A stretch of DNA of 63,988 bases, filler included, from Rozella allomycis CSF55 (GCA_000442015.1; 18 parts of 18 records of this genome joined end to end with filler, not necessarily neighbours in it), one strand, 5' to 3'; shown: positions 12,968-25,343, counted from the whole stretch's first letter. Numbers and translations are program-made. Notes: a model not told the origin generated them from the letters alone.

Positions 12968-14287
12968 TTATTTGGAAGAGTTGCTTGAGAAATACCTATC
13001 GTAAATCTCATATTTGAATATGAATATGACGAACCCAAATGTTGACATGTATGCCGTACCGGATATCAATGCATGGCTATCACGAGATTCGTAAAGCAAT
13101 CCTCCGATAAATGAGCCTGCAACTGCAGACACTCCTCCATATACTGCCGCAAAAAACCCTTGCGCAGTCGCCTCTAATCCTCTAGGTGCAGCGGCGTGAG
13201 CTAAATGAACTCCAGTGGATTGCATTAAACCAGAACCGATTCCTTTGAATATTTCGATAAAAAATACCAAGTAACCATAATTTTCACTCCTTGGCAAGAA
13301 ATATAGAGCCCAAACACGGATAACCATCATTAATTGAGAAACTATTAACATTCTCGCTGGTCCAAGTTTCGCTAGTATCTTTTTCGCGAAAAAGAACAGA
13401 ACTATTTCAGCAAAGCACATTCCCCATGAAGTATGACCATATGTGCTCTTCTTCATTATTCTTTGTTTTGGATCATCTAAATAATTAACCAAGTAATTTT
13501 GAAGAGTGTGCCTACTCACTCCTTGCACAAATACCAAGAAAAGAAAAATAATAAAGGAGGGTTTTTTCAAAAGCGCCAAAACATTATTCTGTTTTGGTTT
13601 TAAAGGAGCTACCTCTGAAGTAGGAGGGGTTGAAGCTGGAATATTCTTCTCGTTGTCACCTTTTGTTTTCTTTTCAATTGTAGAGGGTAAAAGTAGTAAA
13701 GATGGTATGACGGCAGTAAAAGATGTTGCGAGAACCACCAATAGAATACTTTGAATTCCTTGTCTTTCTAAAATTTCACCTACTGCTGCAGTAGTAGAGC
13801 AATAAGCTAAAGTGCCAAATAATCTTTGTCTTCCGTAGAGAGATTTATCACCGTGCTCACTTGATGTGAGTATATCAATGGCAGTGACATCCAACAGGGG
13901 CATTATGCCGGAAATGAAGAAACCATAGAGTGCTGTAGCAAGAAATACTAATGGGAGAAAAACATTATCTTTGTGCGTGGAGTATGATTGAAAAAATCTG
14001 AATGCTTGAAAAATGAGTGCAGAACCGGCGACGCAAATTACGATTAAGAATTTAGGTCGTCTTGTCTTGTCAGAGAGCCATGTCCATATAGGTGAAGCAA
14101 AAGAGAGGACAACAGATAAAAGAACGACATTCCATTTTAGGTCTGATTTTGATAATTTTAAGCTTTGTTCAAAAAATTTGTTTCTGTAGGTGTAGCATGT
14201 GTAATAAGCAATAGAGACAAAGAACATTATTATCTTTATATTAATAAAGTTCTTTGCATAAAAGTCTTTAAAGTCTCGTTTTGTCAT
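12968..14287 (-). CDS. Major facilitator superfamily transporter (MFSD6-like)
   Basis: 439 aa intronless, about 12 TM helices, WLSDKTRRPK loop, YGRQRLFG motif. Confidence 0.88.
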   Translation of the reverse strand: MTKRDFKDFYAKNFINIKIIMFFVSIAYYTCYTYRNKFFEQSLKLSKSDLKWNVVLLSVVLSFASPIWTWLSDKTRRPKFLIVICVAGSALIFQAFRFFQSYSTHKDNVFLPLVFLATALYGFFISGIMPLLDVTAIDILTSSEHGDKSLYGRQRLFGTLAYCSTTAAVGEILERQGIQSILLVVLATSFTAVIPSLLLLPSTIEKKTKGDNEKNIPASTPPTSEVAPLKPKQNNVLALLKKPSFIIFLFLVFVQGVSRHTLQNYLVNYLDDPKQRIMKKSTYGHTSWGMCFAEIVLFFFAKKILAKLGPARMLIVSQLMMVIRVWALYFLPRSENYGYLVFFIEIFKGIGSGLMQSTGVHLAHAAAPRGLEATAQGFFAAVYGGVSAVAGSFIGGLLYESRDSHALISGTAYMSTFGFVIFIFKYEIYDRYFSSNSSK

Positions 14288-14395
14288 GAAGAATAATAAC
14301 TGTGTGGCTAGGGGAGCAGGCCAGATATATATAGAGTTATTTTTAGAATCGTGAACAAGATGTGAACAACTTTAAATAAACGTGAATGTAATTCA

Positions 14396-17300
14396 TTATT
14401 TATTTGGCTTAAGAGCTCCAAGAATAATCCAAATGGAAGAGATGTTTTGTGTGTAAGTGAATGTAAAAACTGAAACAATAAAATCATGGTGAATATCAAA
14501 TTTTGCGAAAGAATCATAGATATCTAGCAAGGAAATGTATTCGATTATTTCATCTGTGTTTGAAAAGTTGAACTGTTTCATAAAGCCAATCCAGGTATGA
14601 GATTCGAGTACTTTGGAAAAAACTTTATCTGACTTTAATTCAACTTGAAATTTTGAATAAGAATCATTTGATGCAGCTATAATATTTTCCAGCGTTTGTG
14701 AAAGAAATCTGTTCCACCTAGTTGGTGTCGTTTTCCTAAAGTCTTCAACAAGACGAACAACTTTGAATTTGATTTCATTAGATAATTCGATCTGATAGCT
14801 TTCATCTTTGACAAATTTAAGTTCCTAATGACGTATGATGTTTAATTTTACTTTTACAACATTAATGCTATTGTTGGTTTTGAATGATTTCCATTCATTT
14901 TCTTTTAAAAAATCGATATCTATTTGCCAAGGAGTGTCATTCTTTTGAAGATTAAACCAAATCTAACTTTACAAAGGTTATTAAATGTTACATTATCACA
15001 ATCGAAAACAACACCTATCTTTGTGAATGGAGTCAATGGATCTTTAAGATTGTATTTGATTCCAGTGATTGGGTCAATTAAACAGTCGCAATCATTTTCA
15101 TTCAAAAGCACAAAAATCCGTGGCTTGCCGTAACTGTAACCACAAAAACCAAACGCTTGTTTAGAAATTGATGTTAAGATTGACATTAAAAGAATGGCAG
15201 ATTCATTTGAATTAGCCCATCCATTTTCTATCGCATTCTAAATTACAGGGTAATTGTTGTGTTACAATAATGTCTATTTCATATGGGTTTGAAAGTTCAT
15301 TAACTTTTATTCTGGAAACAAATTTAATTGCTTCGTCGATTGTTTTTAGATTAATAATATCAAATTTGCAAATGAATTGATTTAAAAGATGAACTTGGTC
15401 TGAACTATTTTTAGCCCAAATCTATTTTTAGACAAAAACTTGGTTTACATTCAGATTTCTCTCAAATGATTTTTGAAGAGATCTGACTGTAGAATTTATT
15501 AAGCGAGTTTGCTCGTCATATTGCTATTGAAAGTTTCTAAACACTTTACTGTTGAACAAAAATTCTCTATTGGTTCACTTGTTAATGACGTTGATAATTT
15601 AAGAACAAGTGGACAGTTGGAAGATTTCAAATCTGAATTATAATTGTCAAGGTGCAGATATAAGAAATTCAAAATATATTAAATAGAATATGTTTACTTT
15701 AAAAGTCAAATTTAACAAGTTATTTAACGGTACAATCTTAATTGCTAAAAGATTCTAAAATTCACTTTATCAGATCAGATTACCTTTTGGCTAGAAATAA
15801 TTTCATAAATTTTAAAAATAATCTTTTTCTCTTTAGAAGATGAAGAATTTATTAATGGAAATGTAAACAATTGATTCCAAATTGGATTATCTAAATTTCT
15901 CTCATTTGAAACTCTTTTTTCTCCATTAAATTCTATTTGAATGAATATTTGCTAATTTAATTTGTCATTTTCTAATTACTTTAATATTTCTTTCCATATC
16001 CAACCTAAATGGGATTCCATGAAACTCGATAATTCTAATCCCAAACGAATCTTCCTTTCTAATAACATTTGTTTTAGGAATATTATTTTTCATTCTCAAA
16101 GTTCTCATTGGTTTAAACCAATTGAAAAACCCAAACTCTTCAACGTCTGTATTCCACTTTTCTTCATTTACGAAATTTGCTAATTGATTTCTTGATCTTT
16201 TATAGCTCAAAGACCTATTAAAGTTTCTATTAGCCTCAACAAATTCAAACTCCAAACTTTTTGATCTTTTTTCGCTTTTATTTAATTCAAAAATGCATTC
16301 TTCAAATTTTGTCATAATTTTATTCCTTTTCCAAGAATTTTCTTCATTAACGAAAACATTCACTTCTATTCCCCCAGAAAAATCAAGAAAAGAAAATTCA
16401 AAGCATTTCTCGTCTACTTTATTTCTTTTTATATCAATCAATGGAATGTAAACGGAAGTGATTTCTTTTCTTAAAATACCCTTTTCTTTCATTGTAATTT
16501 AGTTTACATGGGATATTAAAGTTAACTTTACTTTATTGGGAATCTTATTTAATTTAAACTCGAATGATTCATTCATCTCAATCTTAAAATTATCATTCAA
16601 TTGATATTTTCTCGTCTCGCATTGCCAAATACCTTCAAGGCTCAAATCAATCGAAAAATTATTGCTTTTAATCCTTCTCCTTCTCTCATATTCAATCTAA
16701 TAAATGTTTTCCATTCTTGGTACCAAGGGGCATTCATCGTCTTTAGTTAAAAGCTCTTTCTCTCTAGTAAGACAAAGATTCAAAGACAGTAACTCTATAA
16801 GCCAAAGTTTCTTTTTACCTCATCTTTCACTCCATTTTCAAGTCTTTCAACGTAAAGAAAGATTGGCATAGAAATAAATTTCTGTCTTTCTCTTAAATCT
16901 TCAATTCTTTTCCAGCATTCCAATATTTTCCAAATCAATTCACGAAAGTCGTTGACAAAGTTTGCCTATTTTACACAAATAATCATATCTACATGTTCTG
17001 GTTGATTTAGTATCTAATAAACCCATAATCTATTTCATACTGCAGAATTAAACAACTTTCTGTTCACTTCATATTCCTTGTACATTTCTTCTAGATTCCT
17101 TCCCATTTTATATTCTTCGTTGAGCAAATTAGGCATGCAAAAGTTCAATCTTTTTATTTTTATCATCATAAACAATTTTTCATCATCAAGTACATCGTTT
17201 TTGATTTCTAAAACATTTGGAGTACATTCTTGACGTATTTCTTTTTTCTCAAGGCAGTTACAAAATGGTAAATAGTTATTTAAATATTTTTCTCTTTTAT

Positions 17301-17619
17301 TTAAATACCTTTATCTACTTACTTGTCCCTTTCATTGGCACAAAGCCTTGTTGAAATTTTTTGTAACTGGTCAACGGAAAAGAGTGGAACCACTTCTTGA
17401 TAAAATCCATTTTCATCATTCAAATCTCCAGCATTTTTAATCAAAGTGCATGGGATGTTGGTGAAATCAATCAACTGAAGTATATTCCAATTTGGATTCT
17501 TGAATTTTCTATAATTCCAATCTACACCGGAATTAATTTGTCCAAGTAAGTTTTCCGCGTCTTTTTAAATATTTTAAACCAATACTACCTTGTTCAGAAA
17601 GTTCTTTTGTTTTTGACAT
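14396..17619 (-). CDS. CC2D2A: Ciliary transition-zone protein CC2D2A/MKS6 (multi-exon)
   Basis: ENGFYQEVVP..ISTRL; C2 region IRIIEFHGIPFR and GSNPIWNQ; C-terminal ESAILLMSIL..LIDPITGIKY..DNIWFNLQ..WKSF, TRWNRFLSQTL, YTQNISSIWIILGAL, colinear with animal CC2D2A. The exact 5' exon is inferred. Confidence 0.85.
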
Positions 17620-17782
17620 GACCGTTACAAATAAAAACAAACATTGAATCAAACAGCATTTTCTATATCTCAAATGTAAATATAAATAATTTTAATAATT
17701 CTTTAATTTAAAGCCGTAAATTTTGCATTGTAAATACTCTCAACAAAATCCCTCCCCAAGCCACTTAGACCCTTGTTGAAAA

Positions 17783-18505
17783 ATGGGTATGAAAAATTTT
17801 CCTTCTTACATTCTCCACGACCTTTTTAATATACATTTTAAATACAGGATCTAATATTTAGGTATTTCTCGTGATAGCCGTCATAAACGTTCTCACACTG
17901 GTGCTAAGCGTGCACAATATCGTAAAAAGAGAAAGTTCGAGTTGGGAAGACAACCAGCTAACACCAAGTTGGGTGCAAAACGTATTCATCCAGTCCGTGT
18001 CCGTGGTGGAAACACTAAATTCCGTGCTATGCGTTTAGACACTGGTAACTTTTCTTGGGGATCTGAAGCCATTACCCGTAAGTTATATATCTGCTTTTGA
18101 TTTCAAGGCAAGACTCGTATCATCGATGTTGTTTACAATGCTTCAAACAACGAGTTGGTTCGTACCAAGACTCTTGTCAAATCCGCTATTGTTCAAATTG
18201 ATGCTACTCCATTCCGTCAATGGTATGAAGCTCACTATGGATCTCTTCTCGGAAAGAAAAAATTAGCCAAGGCTGCTTCTACTGAAGCAGGTGATGCTGA
18301 AAAGAAATCAAACCATGTTCAAAGAAAAATTGAATCCCGCAAGAAGGATGCTCACGTTGACCAAGCTTTAGATGACCAATTTTCAACTGGTCGTTTGTAT
18401 GCATGCATTTCATCTCGCCCAGGACAAAGCGGACGTTGCGACGGTTACATCTTGGAAGGAAAAGAACTTGAATTTTACGTCAAGAAGATCAAGGCAAGAA
18501 AATAA
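17783..18505 (+). CDS. RPS8: 40S ribosomal protein S8 (eS8)
   Basis: [41 protein letters not shown]; introns 17787-17861 (75 nt) and 18078-18107 (30 nt). Confidence 0.99.
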
Positions 18506-18525
18506 ATTATAATTTCTGCACATAT

Positions 18526-19202
18526 TTATTGATTATTTGGTGATTCTTTTTCTTGTCTATATAGTTTCAACAATGCAGTGAAGAACTCACGAACACCGTC
18601 GCCCGTGAGTGATGACCCTTCAAAATATCTTTATTTCCTAAATGTACATTTTACGAAAGATTTGATTCGCTTGCAAATTGTTCAATGACTGTTTTTGATA
18701 TGGCCCTTCCCAAGTCGAGTTTATTACCAAATAGAAAGCCAAGAGCTTTTATATGCGACGTTTGGTTATACCTTAACTAAATGAATTAAAATGATGATAC
18801 CTTTTAAGCTCAGACATCCATTTGTTAACATTCTCAAAACTCTTCTTGCTCGTGAGATCAAAGACAATGATAAACTTGTATTTCAGTGAATTCATTATAT
18901 TACTGCATTTATATTCTCATAAAATTCATTTCTGATCTCTAAATAAACGTCATCACCTGCAGTATCAAAAAAGTCAGCTCTCACAGGTTATTAAAGAAAT
19001 ATGTTCCAACCTTTGAATTCATCTATGGAGAAATCTTTAACGCCATAATCAATTCCAATAGTAGGATGATATTCTGGAGAAAACTATGATAAAAGAATCA
19101 TTTCTTTACATTTTCTTCACAGTATCTTTTTATTAAACTACTTTTACCGACCATTGGATCACCCAATGATAAAATCCTAAGTCTTTGGATTGTTTTTGTC
19201 AT
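18526..19202 (-). CDS. RJL-family small GTPase (DNAJC27/RBJ-like, no J domain); not in ORF track
   Basis: Spliced over 5 introns: ILSLGDPMVGKSSLIKRYCEE, PTIGIDYGVK, FFDTAGDDVYLEIRNEFY, GNKLD, YFEGSSLTG. KRYCE, IDYGV and EIRNEFY are RJL hallmarks. Confidence 0.88.
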
Positions 19203-19236
19203 CAGTGCTTTTCTGAAAATTCGAGATAACTAGTTG

Positions 19237-20182
19237 ATGCAGAGCGAGGATTGTTACTATTTCATAACATCTACCTGTGCCAGAGGAGCATCCTGTTTAT
19301 ATAGACATTCTGAAAAAGCAAAAGGCACGATAGAAATTTGCAAGGATTGGCAGTTGAAGCAGAGCTGTCAAAATGCTGATTGTGAGCTTAGACATTCAGT
19401 GTATGGTCCACCGGTAAGAAAAAGATGGAAATATGAAAGGTAAATCGGTCAGAAACACAATGTTATTGGGAAATGAATGGAGGCTGCTTGAAACCTAACT
19501 GCCCCTTTAAACATCGTAAGATAACTTTTAATATTAAAAAATAGAAATAAAAAAGCCTTTATTCCCCGTAGAAACGAATGGTAAAACAGAAGAGACCAAT
19601 ACCGCTGCTGCAAACAAAACCAAGGACGGCATTAACCTTCCAAAGCAAGTATTAAAGAAGGCCGAGTTAAAAATGAATACAGAGCAATTGAAAAAGGTTG
19701 AAGAGGCTAAAAAGGTTAAGGTTGAAGATAATACAAGGACAAAGTGGATGCATTGAAAAAGATACAAGATAACAAAGAAACTAAGGNAAAAGATACAAGA
19801 TAACAAAGAAACTAAGGGAAAGAACACTCTAGATTTTCACGTTAAATCATTTGAAGAAATTATTAAAGAGAAAAGACTTCGACAGGCTACAAAAAACAAA
19901 GAAGAAGAAAAGAAAGTTGAAGGAAAAGAGAATGGCCTAATAAAGGAGCCACGAAACGTAGAAAAGGTGGAATCTGCAAAAGTTGCAACAGAAAATACGA
20001 AACTTGAGCAGGTAAACAAAAGAAAAAATACAGAAACGCCCAAGTCACCGAAAAAGAAGCAACAAATAGATCACCCCATTTTAGAGCCACATGAAGATGA
20101 AATTTTGATGCAAGATTTAGCGGATATTGGAGAAATTGATGTTAATGAATTAGATGAAGACTTGAGAGATTTATTAGATTAA
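19237..20182 (+). CDS. CCCH zinc-finger protein (ZC3H11-like)
   Basis: DCYYFITSTCARGASCLYRH, ICKDWQLKQSCQNADCELRH, QCYWEMNGGCLKPNCPFKH, later VKSFEEII; frame disturbed near single-N junction 19787. Confidence 0.8.
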
Positions 20183-20193
20183 AAAAGTATAAA

Positions 20194-21623
20194 TTAATCA
20201 TCATCTTGTTGCAAATTTGCGGAAAAACTTTCATTTTTTGCCGATCTTGCTTTTATTAAAGTATTTGAAATTTAATTACTGTCTATTACAACATAACCAC
20301 CGACTTCACAATTCGAAAGAATAGTTTTCTCTTTGATTACAGCTTTTGTGGTGATAACACAACCTTCAAGTTTACAATTCTCTTCAACCATTACACTATC
20401 CATTAGAACACAATCTGTCATTTTAACATTTGATCCAATATTGCAATTGTTTCCAATAATGCTTCTTTTGATTGTTGTTTTTTCTCCAATTCTAGTTCCT
20501 TCCCCTAAAAGAGAATCATTTCCCACTTGAGATGTTGAATGAACGTCACCAATCGCCCCTTTAATAGTTTGAGATTTCTTTTCAATTATTTTATTTATTT
20601 TTACTATTCTATTTAATGCTTTGTATGAAGCTATAGAATTAATAAACACGCTTGTTCCTCCAATCATGATAAAGGCAGCACAATAGACGTGTGATTCTTC
20701 TGGAACAGGTAATCTGCTTTGTCCAAGAAGAAAAGAAAATTGATTTGGTATTTCACCTTTTAATTTTATCATTTTTATTATACTTGACAATAACTTTGGT
20801 CTGTATTGACATTTTATTAGCCAAGGCAAAAATTCTTCTTTCAAATATGAAAATTGTTTATCACACAACAAATCCAATGCAATCTTCTTAAACAAATATA
20901 CATGAACATCACTCAAGTCTTGTCTAAGGTCCATCTCTTGAAACCTATTTCATTCATTCCTTTTAAATACTTTTTAAAACATGACATCCTTATTGAATGG
21001 TCATCTTCTTCATCGGCCTGTGGACTATAATACAATATCCTTTGTTTATTAAGGCCAATCAGGTCATATTCATCTCATCTAGCACACAATTTCCCTTTAC
21101 CTTCTGTAGGTTTCAGTTTTTCATTCTCAGGCTTTTGTACAAGAAGTGTTGTAACCAATGCATCCTTAACTCGATGCAAATCTGTCAAATGATGAAGCGG
21201 TGCATCTGTATAATAATCAGTAGAAACCACCAGAAAATCAGTCTATAATTTTCAAATTTTCGATTTACTCTAATTTTATCTCTCACAGATCTTAAAGCTG
21301 TCGCAGTCCCTTGAAAATCATCAAAACATATCACTTCAATTTTTGCCTTCCCTTCGTAATTTTTAATACTGCCAAACTTCAATCTAGATGTATCAACAAG
21401 AACAATTATGTCTATCTAAATCTATATCAATATTCATACCTAATATTCCATGATTCTCTAGCCAAAGAAATGTATGATGGATAAGTGGCTTATTTGCAAC
21501 AGGAAGCAAAGACTTATGCACTGTCTGTGTCAAAGGATGCAGAGAATGATATCCAGATGTTGCGAATACCACTAATATAAATATATTTTCATTTTTAATA
21601 CCTGCTTGAAATTCTTTTTTCAT
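20194..21623 (-). CDS. GCD1: Translation initiation factor eIF2B gamma subunit (multi-exon)
   Basis: EFQAVVFA..HKSLLPVANKPLI nucleotidyltransferase-like N-terminus, DLSDVHVYLF, C-terminal left-handed beta-helix (IKRSIIGNNCNIG). Confidence 0.9.
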
Positions 21624-21685
21624 TTGCGAAAATTACTTGTTCATGGCATTGTTGTTAATCTTTTAGCAGCCACTTGGTTACAATT

Positions 21686-22831
21686 ATGCTTCGAAAGACT
21701 CTATTCACAATATCAAGATACAAATATACTCGATCCATCTCAACCCCAAGAACACTTGAAGTGAAAAGTAAAACTAAAGGACTATTAAAATTACATGTCG
21801 ATTGGTTACGTGATCATTGTGAATGTTCAAAATGCATACACCCTACTTCTAGGCAGAAACTCCATTCTTCGGGTGATGTTGCTAACAGCATAATTCAAAA
21901 TGTTAATCAAGACGGTGAAGTGATCAATGTCATTTGGAATGATGGTCACAAGTCAATTTATAACTTGATAGATTTATTTCCGGCAAAGAAAGTTATTCCT
22001 AGACCGTTTCTTTGGGAAAAGGAAGATGTTTTGAATATTCATGTTGACCATGACGAATACATGAAAACAGAGCAAGGAATATCAAAGGTTTTAAAAAACA
22101 TAAATAAGTTTGGTTTGTGCATATTAGAAAACGTTCCTACGGATGATCGATACCTAAAATCCATCATTGAACGAATCGGTCCCATTAGGAATTCTTTCTA
22201 CGGTGACTTGTGGGATGTTAAAAATGTAAAAGATGCTAAAAATATTGCGTACACGTCGTTATATTTGGGGCTACACATGGACTTGATGTAATTTACACTC
22301 GTTTCTATTTCTAGGTATTTTGAAACCCCGCCCGGGGTTCAATTTCTACACTGTTTATCAAATTCTGTTGAGGGCGGGGAAAGCATTTTCTTAGACTCTT
22401 TTAAAGCGGTATCGATTTTAAGAAAAAAGTTTCCTGAACATTTCAATACATTGCAATCTATTCCTATTAATTTCGAATACAAGAACCAAGGAAAGCATTA
22501 TCAGTATTTACGGTGTATGATAGAAACAAATTTATTTAATGAAAAACTTGACGTTTTTTACGCGCCGCCATTTCAAGGCAAATTACAATTGGACCCTGAC
22601 TCTGCTGAAAAATTCTACCTTGCCATGCATGAATTCGAAAAAATTCTAAAATCGGATTCTTTAATATTTCAAAAGCGTTTGGAAAAAGGCCAATGCGTTC
22701 TATTTCACAACATAAGAGTATTACATGGCAGATTATCTTTCAATACTATAACTGGAGAAAGGCATTTCAAAGGAGGCTATTTAGACTGGGATGACTTCCA
22801 AAGTGCATATCGTGCTTCTTTTTTCAAATAA
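21686..22831 (+). CDS. Gamma-butyrobetaine/trimethyllysine dioxygenase family (TauD), probably mitochondrial
   Basis: WLRDHCEC..C, WNDGHKSIY, NIAYT..LHMDLMYFETPPG, LFHNIRVLHGR; 27-nt intron near 22288-22314; basic N-terminal presequence. Confidence 0.9.
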
Positions 22832-23644
22832 AAATGGTTTGCTAAGATATTCATTCTTAAATAATTGGTTTGATGACTGAACAATTACCACGTCAAAAAT
22901 CTTCATCAAACTATCAAAGTGTGGCCAATTCATCCAAAGGGAGCGTTATAATAAATTAGTCGTTGGGCGATATTTTTCCTTTTTTATGTTAAACCCACAT
23001 AATAAATACATGTTCCCAGCACCGCAATATTCCAAATTAACGCAGACATTTCCACTCTCACTCAAATTCTTCCGCCAGGCATCTGCTCACACCAGTGACA
23101 CCACCTGACCCTGACGGGTTGCGCAGTTTTGCCCGCATCCACAAAAATCTCTCTTACGGTTTCGCCAAAGTATCCTCCCTACATGTAACGTAGATATAGA
23201 CTGTAGAGAAAGGGTGTATCTCAACGTAGGATATTGCGCACAAATACCTCACGGTCATGAATTTTCGCTATTGAACACGCTGAAGTCAGAAGTTCTGAGT
23301 GAGGTATCGGCGCGCAACCTTTCTTTGTTGGCCAGCAGACTCCTTCAATTCATCGACATAGCAAGAATGGGCGGAAATACAGAGGTCAAGAAGCCTGTGG
23401 ATTAAACTTTTAAGCCTGAAATTCATCAATATATTGATACATTGGCTTTTTCACACCCGATTTGTATCCTTGAGTTATCATAATGGTTTGTTGGACAAGG
23501 AATTTTCTCAAATGAACCAAAATATTGTAGTGTCCTTGATTCACNNNNNNNNNNNNNNNNNNNNNNNNNNNNNNNNNNNNNNNNNNNNTTAATTAATTAA
23601 NNNNNNNNNNNNNNNNNNNNNNNNNNNNNNNNNNNNNNNNNNNN

Positions 23645-24216
23645 TTTCCAGTTATCGGCAAATGCTATTCTGCTACTTCAAAATCAAACTCGCACAAGAT
23701 GTTTATTTGTTCCGATCCAAAATATCTTCCATCGAATGAAAATATAATGCTTCAATCGTTTATTCCTCATTATGGCCAAGTTGGAAAGATTTATGTTATA
23801 GGAGATGATTTTTGCTTAAAATTTAGGCCATCCTTTTACTTGCCATCCTCGAATTTCGGTTTGATTCAATTTGATAGCCAGGAAATGCCTAAAAATTTCA
23901 AATTGGGTACAAAAGATAACCATAATTCGTCTCTTTCTTTTTCAGCGAGTTTAGATTTGGAAGCTGCAAATATTAGTAATGGCCAACTTTGCAACTTAAT
24001 TGACTCAGTCAAGAAAGCAGTTGGTCTTGATTTGATTGGAATAGATATTATAAAGAGTGAAGTGGATAAAAAATGGTACGTCATTGACGTAAACTATTTT
24101 CCAGGTAGGAATTTTATAACGGCTTACAAGTAGGCTACAATGATTTTCCTGACTTGAAAGAAACTTTTGAAAGATTTATTTTGTGCAAACTAAATGGGCA
24201 TGTCAATAAAGCGTAA
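23645..24216 (+). CDS. ITPK1: Inositol 1,3,4-trisphosphate 5/6-kinase (ATP-grasp), C-terminal part
   Basis: FPVIGK..SHKM, LQSFIPHYGQVGKIYVIGD, GLDLIGIDII..YVIDVNYFPG|Y; 5' part lies off the contig. Confidence 0.85.
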
Positions 24217-24340
24217 TTTTTGTGAATTAATCAATCGACTATAGAGACCCTAAAAGAGATTTAAAAACAAAAACAAAATCTAATTTTGGTTATGCAATTT
24301 ACGTGGTGTATTTTTATGTGATAACGGTTTTAATTATTTA

Positions 24341-25294
24341 ATGTTTTCGTATATTTCACCGTTAATGAAATTTAATAAAGAAATTTCTTATCAAGAATCT
24401 GATAACGGAATGGAAACCCCCATCGCCCCCGAGAAATTAATGCCAAAAAAGGTTTCCTTCCTGAACACTTCCTTCATCAAATATTTTGTCAAAGGTTCTA
24501 GTCCAAAAGAATTACATAATACAACTGTACTTTGGGAATCGAAGCTTGTGTCGCCAAAATGTATCGAATCGGGGCTTTGGAGGGGACAAACCGTTATTCT
24601 TCAATCATTGGAACTATCAGGGCAAATTATAACTGGAGTAATTAGAGTTGAGAATAGGTCCTTTGAAAAGGATATCTGTGTTTTTTATTCATTGGACAAG
24701 TGGATGTCGAAGACTTCTATCAGCGGAATATATTTATCTTCGCCTACACCTAAATATGACTATTTTAAATTTACAATGGACCTAACACATGACTTGAAAG
24801 GAAGGCGAGAGGTAGGCCATGTCCATTTCTGCATTCGATATGTTGTTTCTGATAATGAATTTTGGGACAATAATTCAGGTTCAAATTACATAGTCAGTCT
24901 TACTCCTTCTGTAATGGACCTTTTTGAAGAACCACTGAAACAAGAGTCATCTAGAATCCCTGTTCCAGTTCTGAAACGTATAGAAAATAGAAAACCCATC
25001 AATACTAAAACATTTGATAAAAAATCTGAATTTATAGGCACTGAAAGTACTCTGAGTCCTATTTCCAATTCCAATAATATGCGGCCAAGCATTGAATCTT
25101 TAATGTCAAAAGACTTTTTAAATATGGGTATTACATTACTAGAAGCCATGAATGTTAATCAGAATCTTGAAAATAAGAGAAAAAAAGCATCGCATAACGG
25201 TCTGACCTATGGGTATTCCCCATCCACGTCCCCGGATAGATATCCATATTCTCGATATAGTTATGGTACATCCCCGCCGCTATCATCATGGTAA
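24341..25294 (+). CDS. Glycogen-targeting PP1 regulatory subunit (CBM21)
   Basis: RVxF-type KKVSF; CBM21 GVIRVENRSFEK..YSLDKW and FCIRY..EFWDNNSGSNY. Confidence 0.9.
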   Translation: MFSYISPLMKFNKEISYQESDNGMETPIAPEKLMPKKVSFLNTSFIKYFVKGSSPKELHNTTVLWESKLVSPKCIESGLWRGQTVILQSLELSGQIITGVIRVENRSFEKDICVFYSLDKWMSKTSISGIYLSSPTPKYDYFKFTMDLTHDLKGRREVGHVHFCIRYVVSDNEFWDNNSGSNYIVSLTPSVMDLFEEPLKQESSRIPVPVLKRIENRKPINTKTFDKKSEFIGTESTLSPISNSNNMRPSIESLMSKDFLNMGITLLEAMNVNQNLENKRKKASHNGLTYGYSPSTSPDRYPYSRYSYGTSPPLSSW

Positions 25295-25343
25295 AATATA
25301 AATCTATAGACAGTCAATTTACATTTTCCAAAATATGATTTAT

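Noticed and set aside
13506-13754. Many antisense or overlapping short ORFs in the track (e.g. 13506-13754, 41467-41871, 59394-59804, 60632-60982)
   Set aside because: Shadows of real genes on the opposite strand; no independent coding signal.
23000-23420. GC-richer intergenic stretch with coding-like fragments
   Set aside because: Stops interrupt the frames examined and no family was recognised; noted only as a weak skew-switch candidate.
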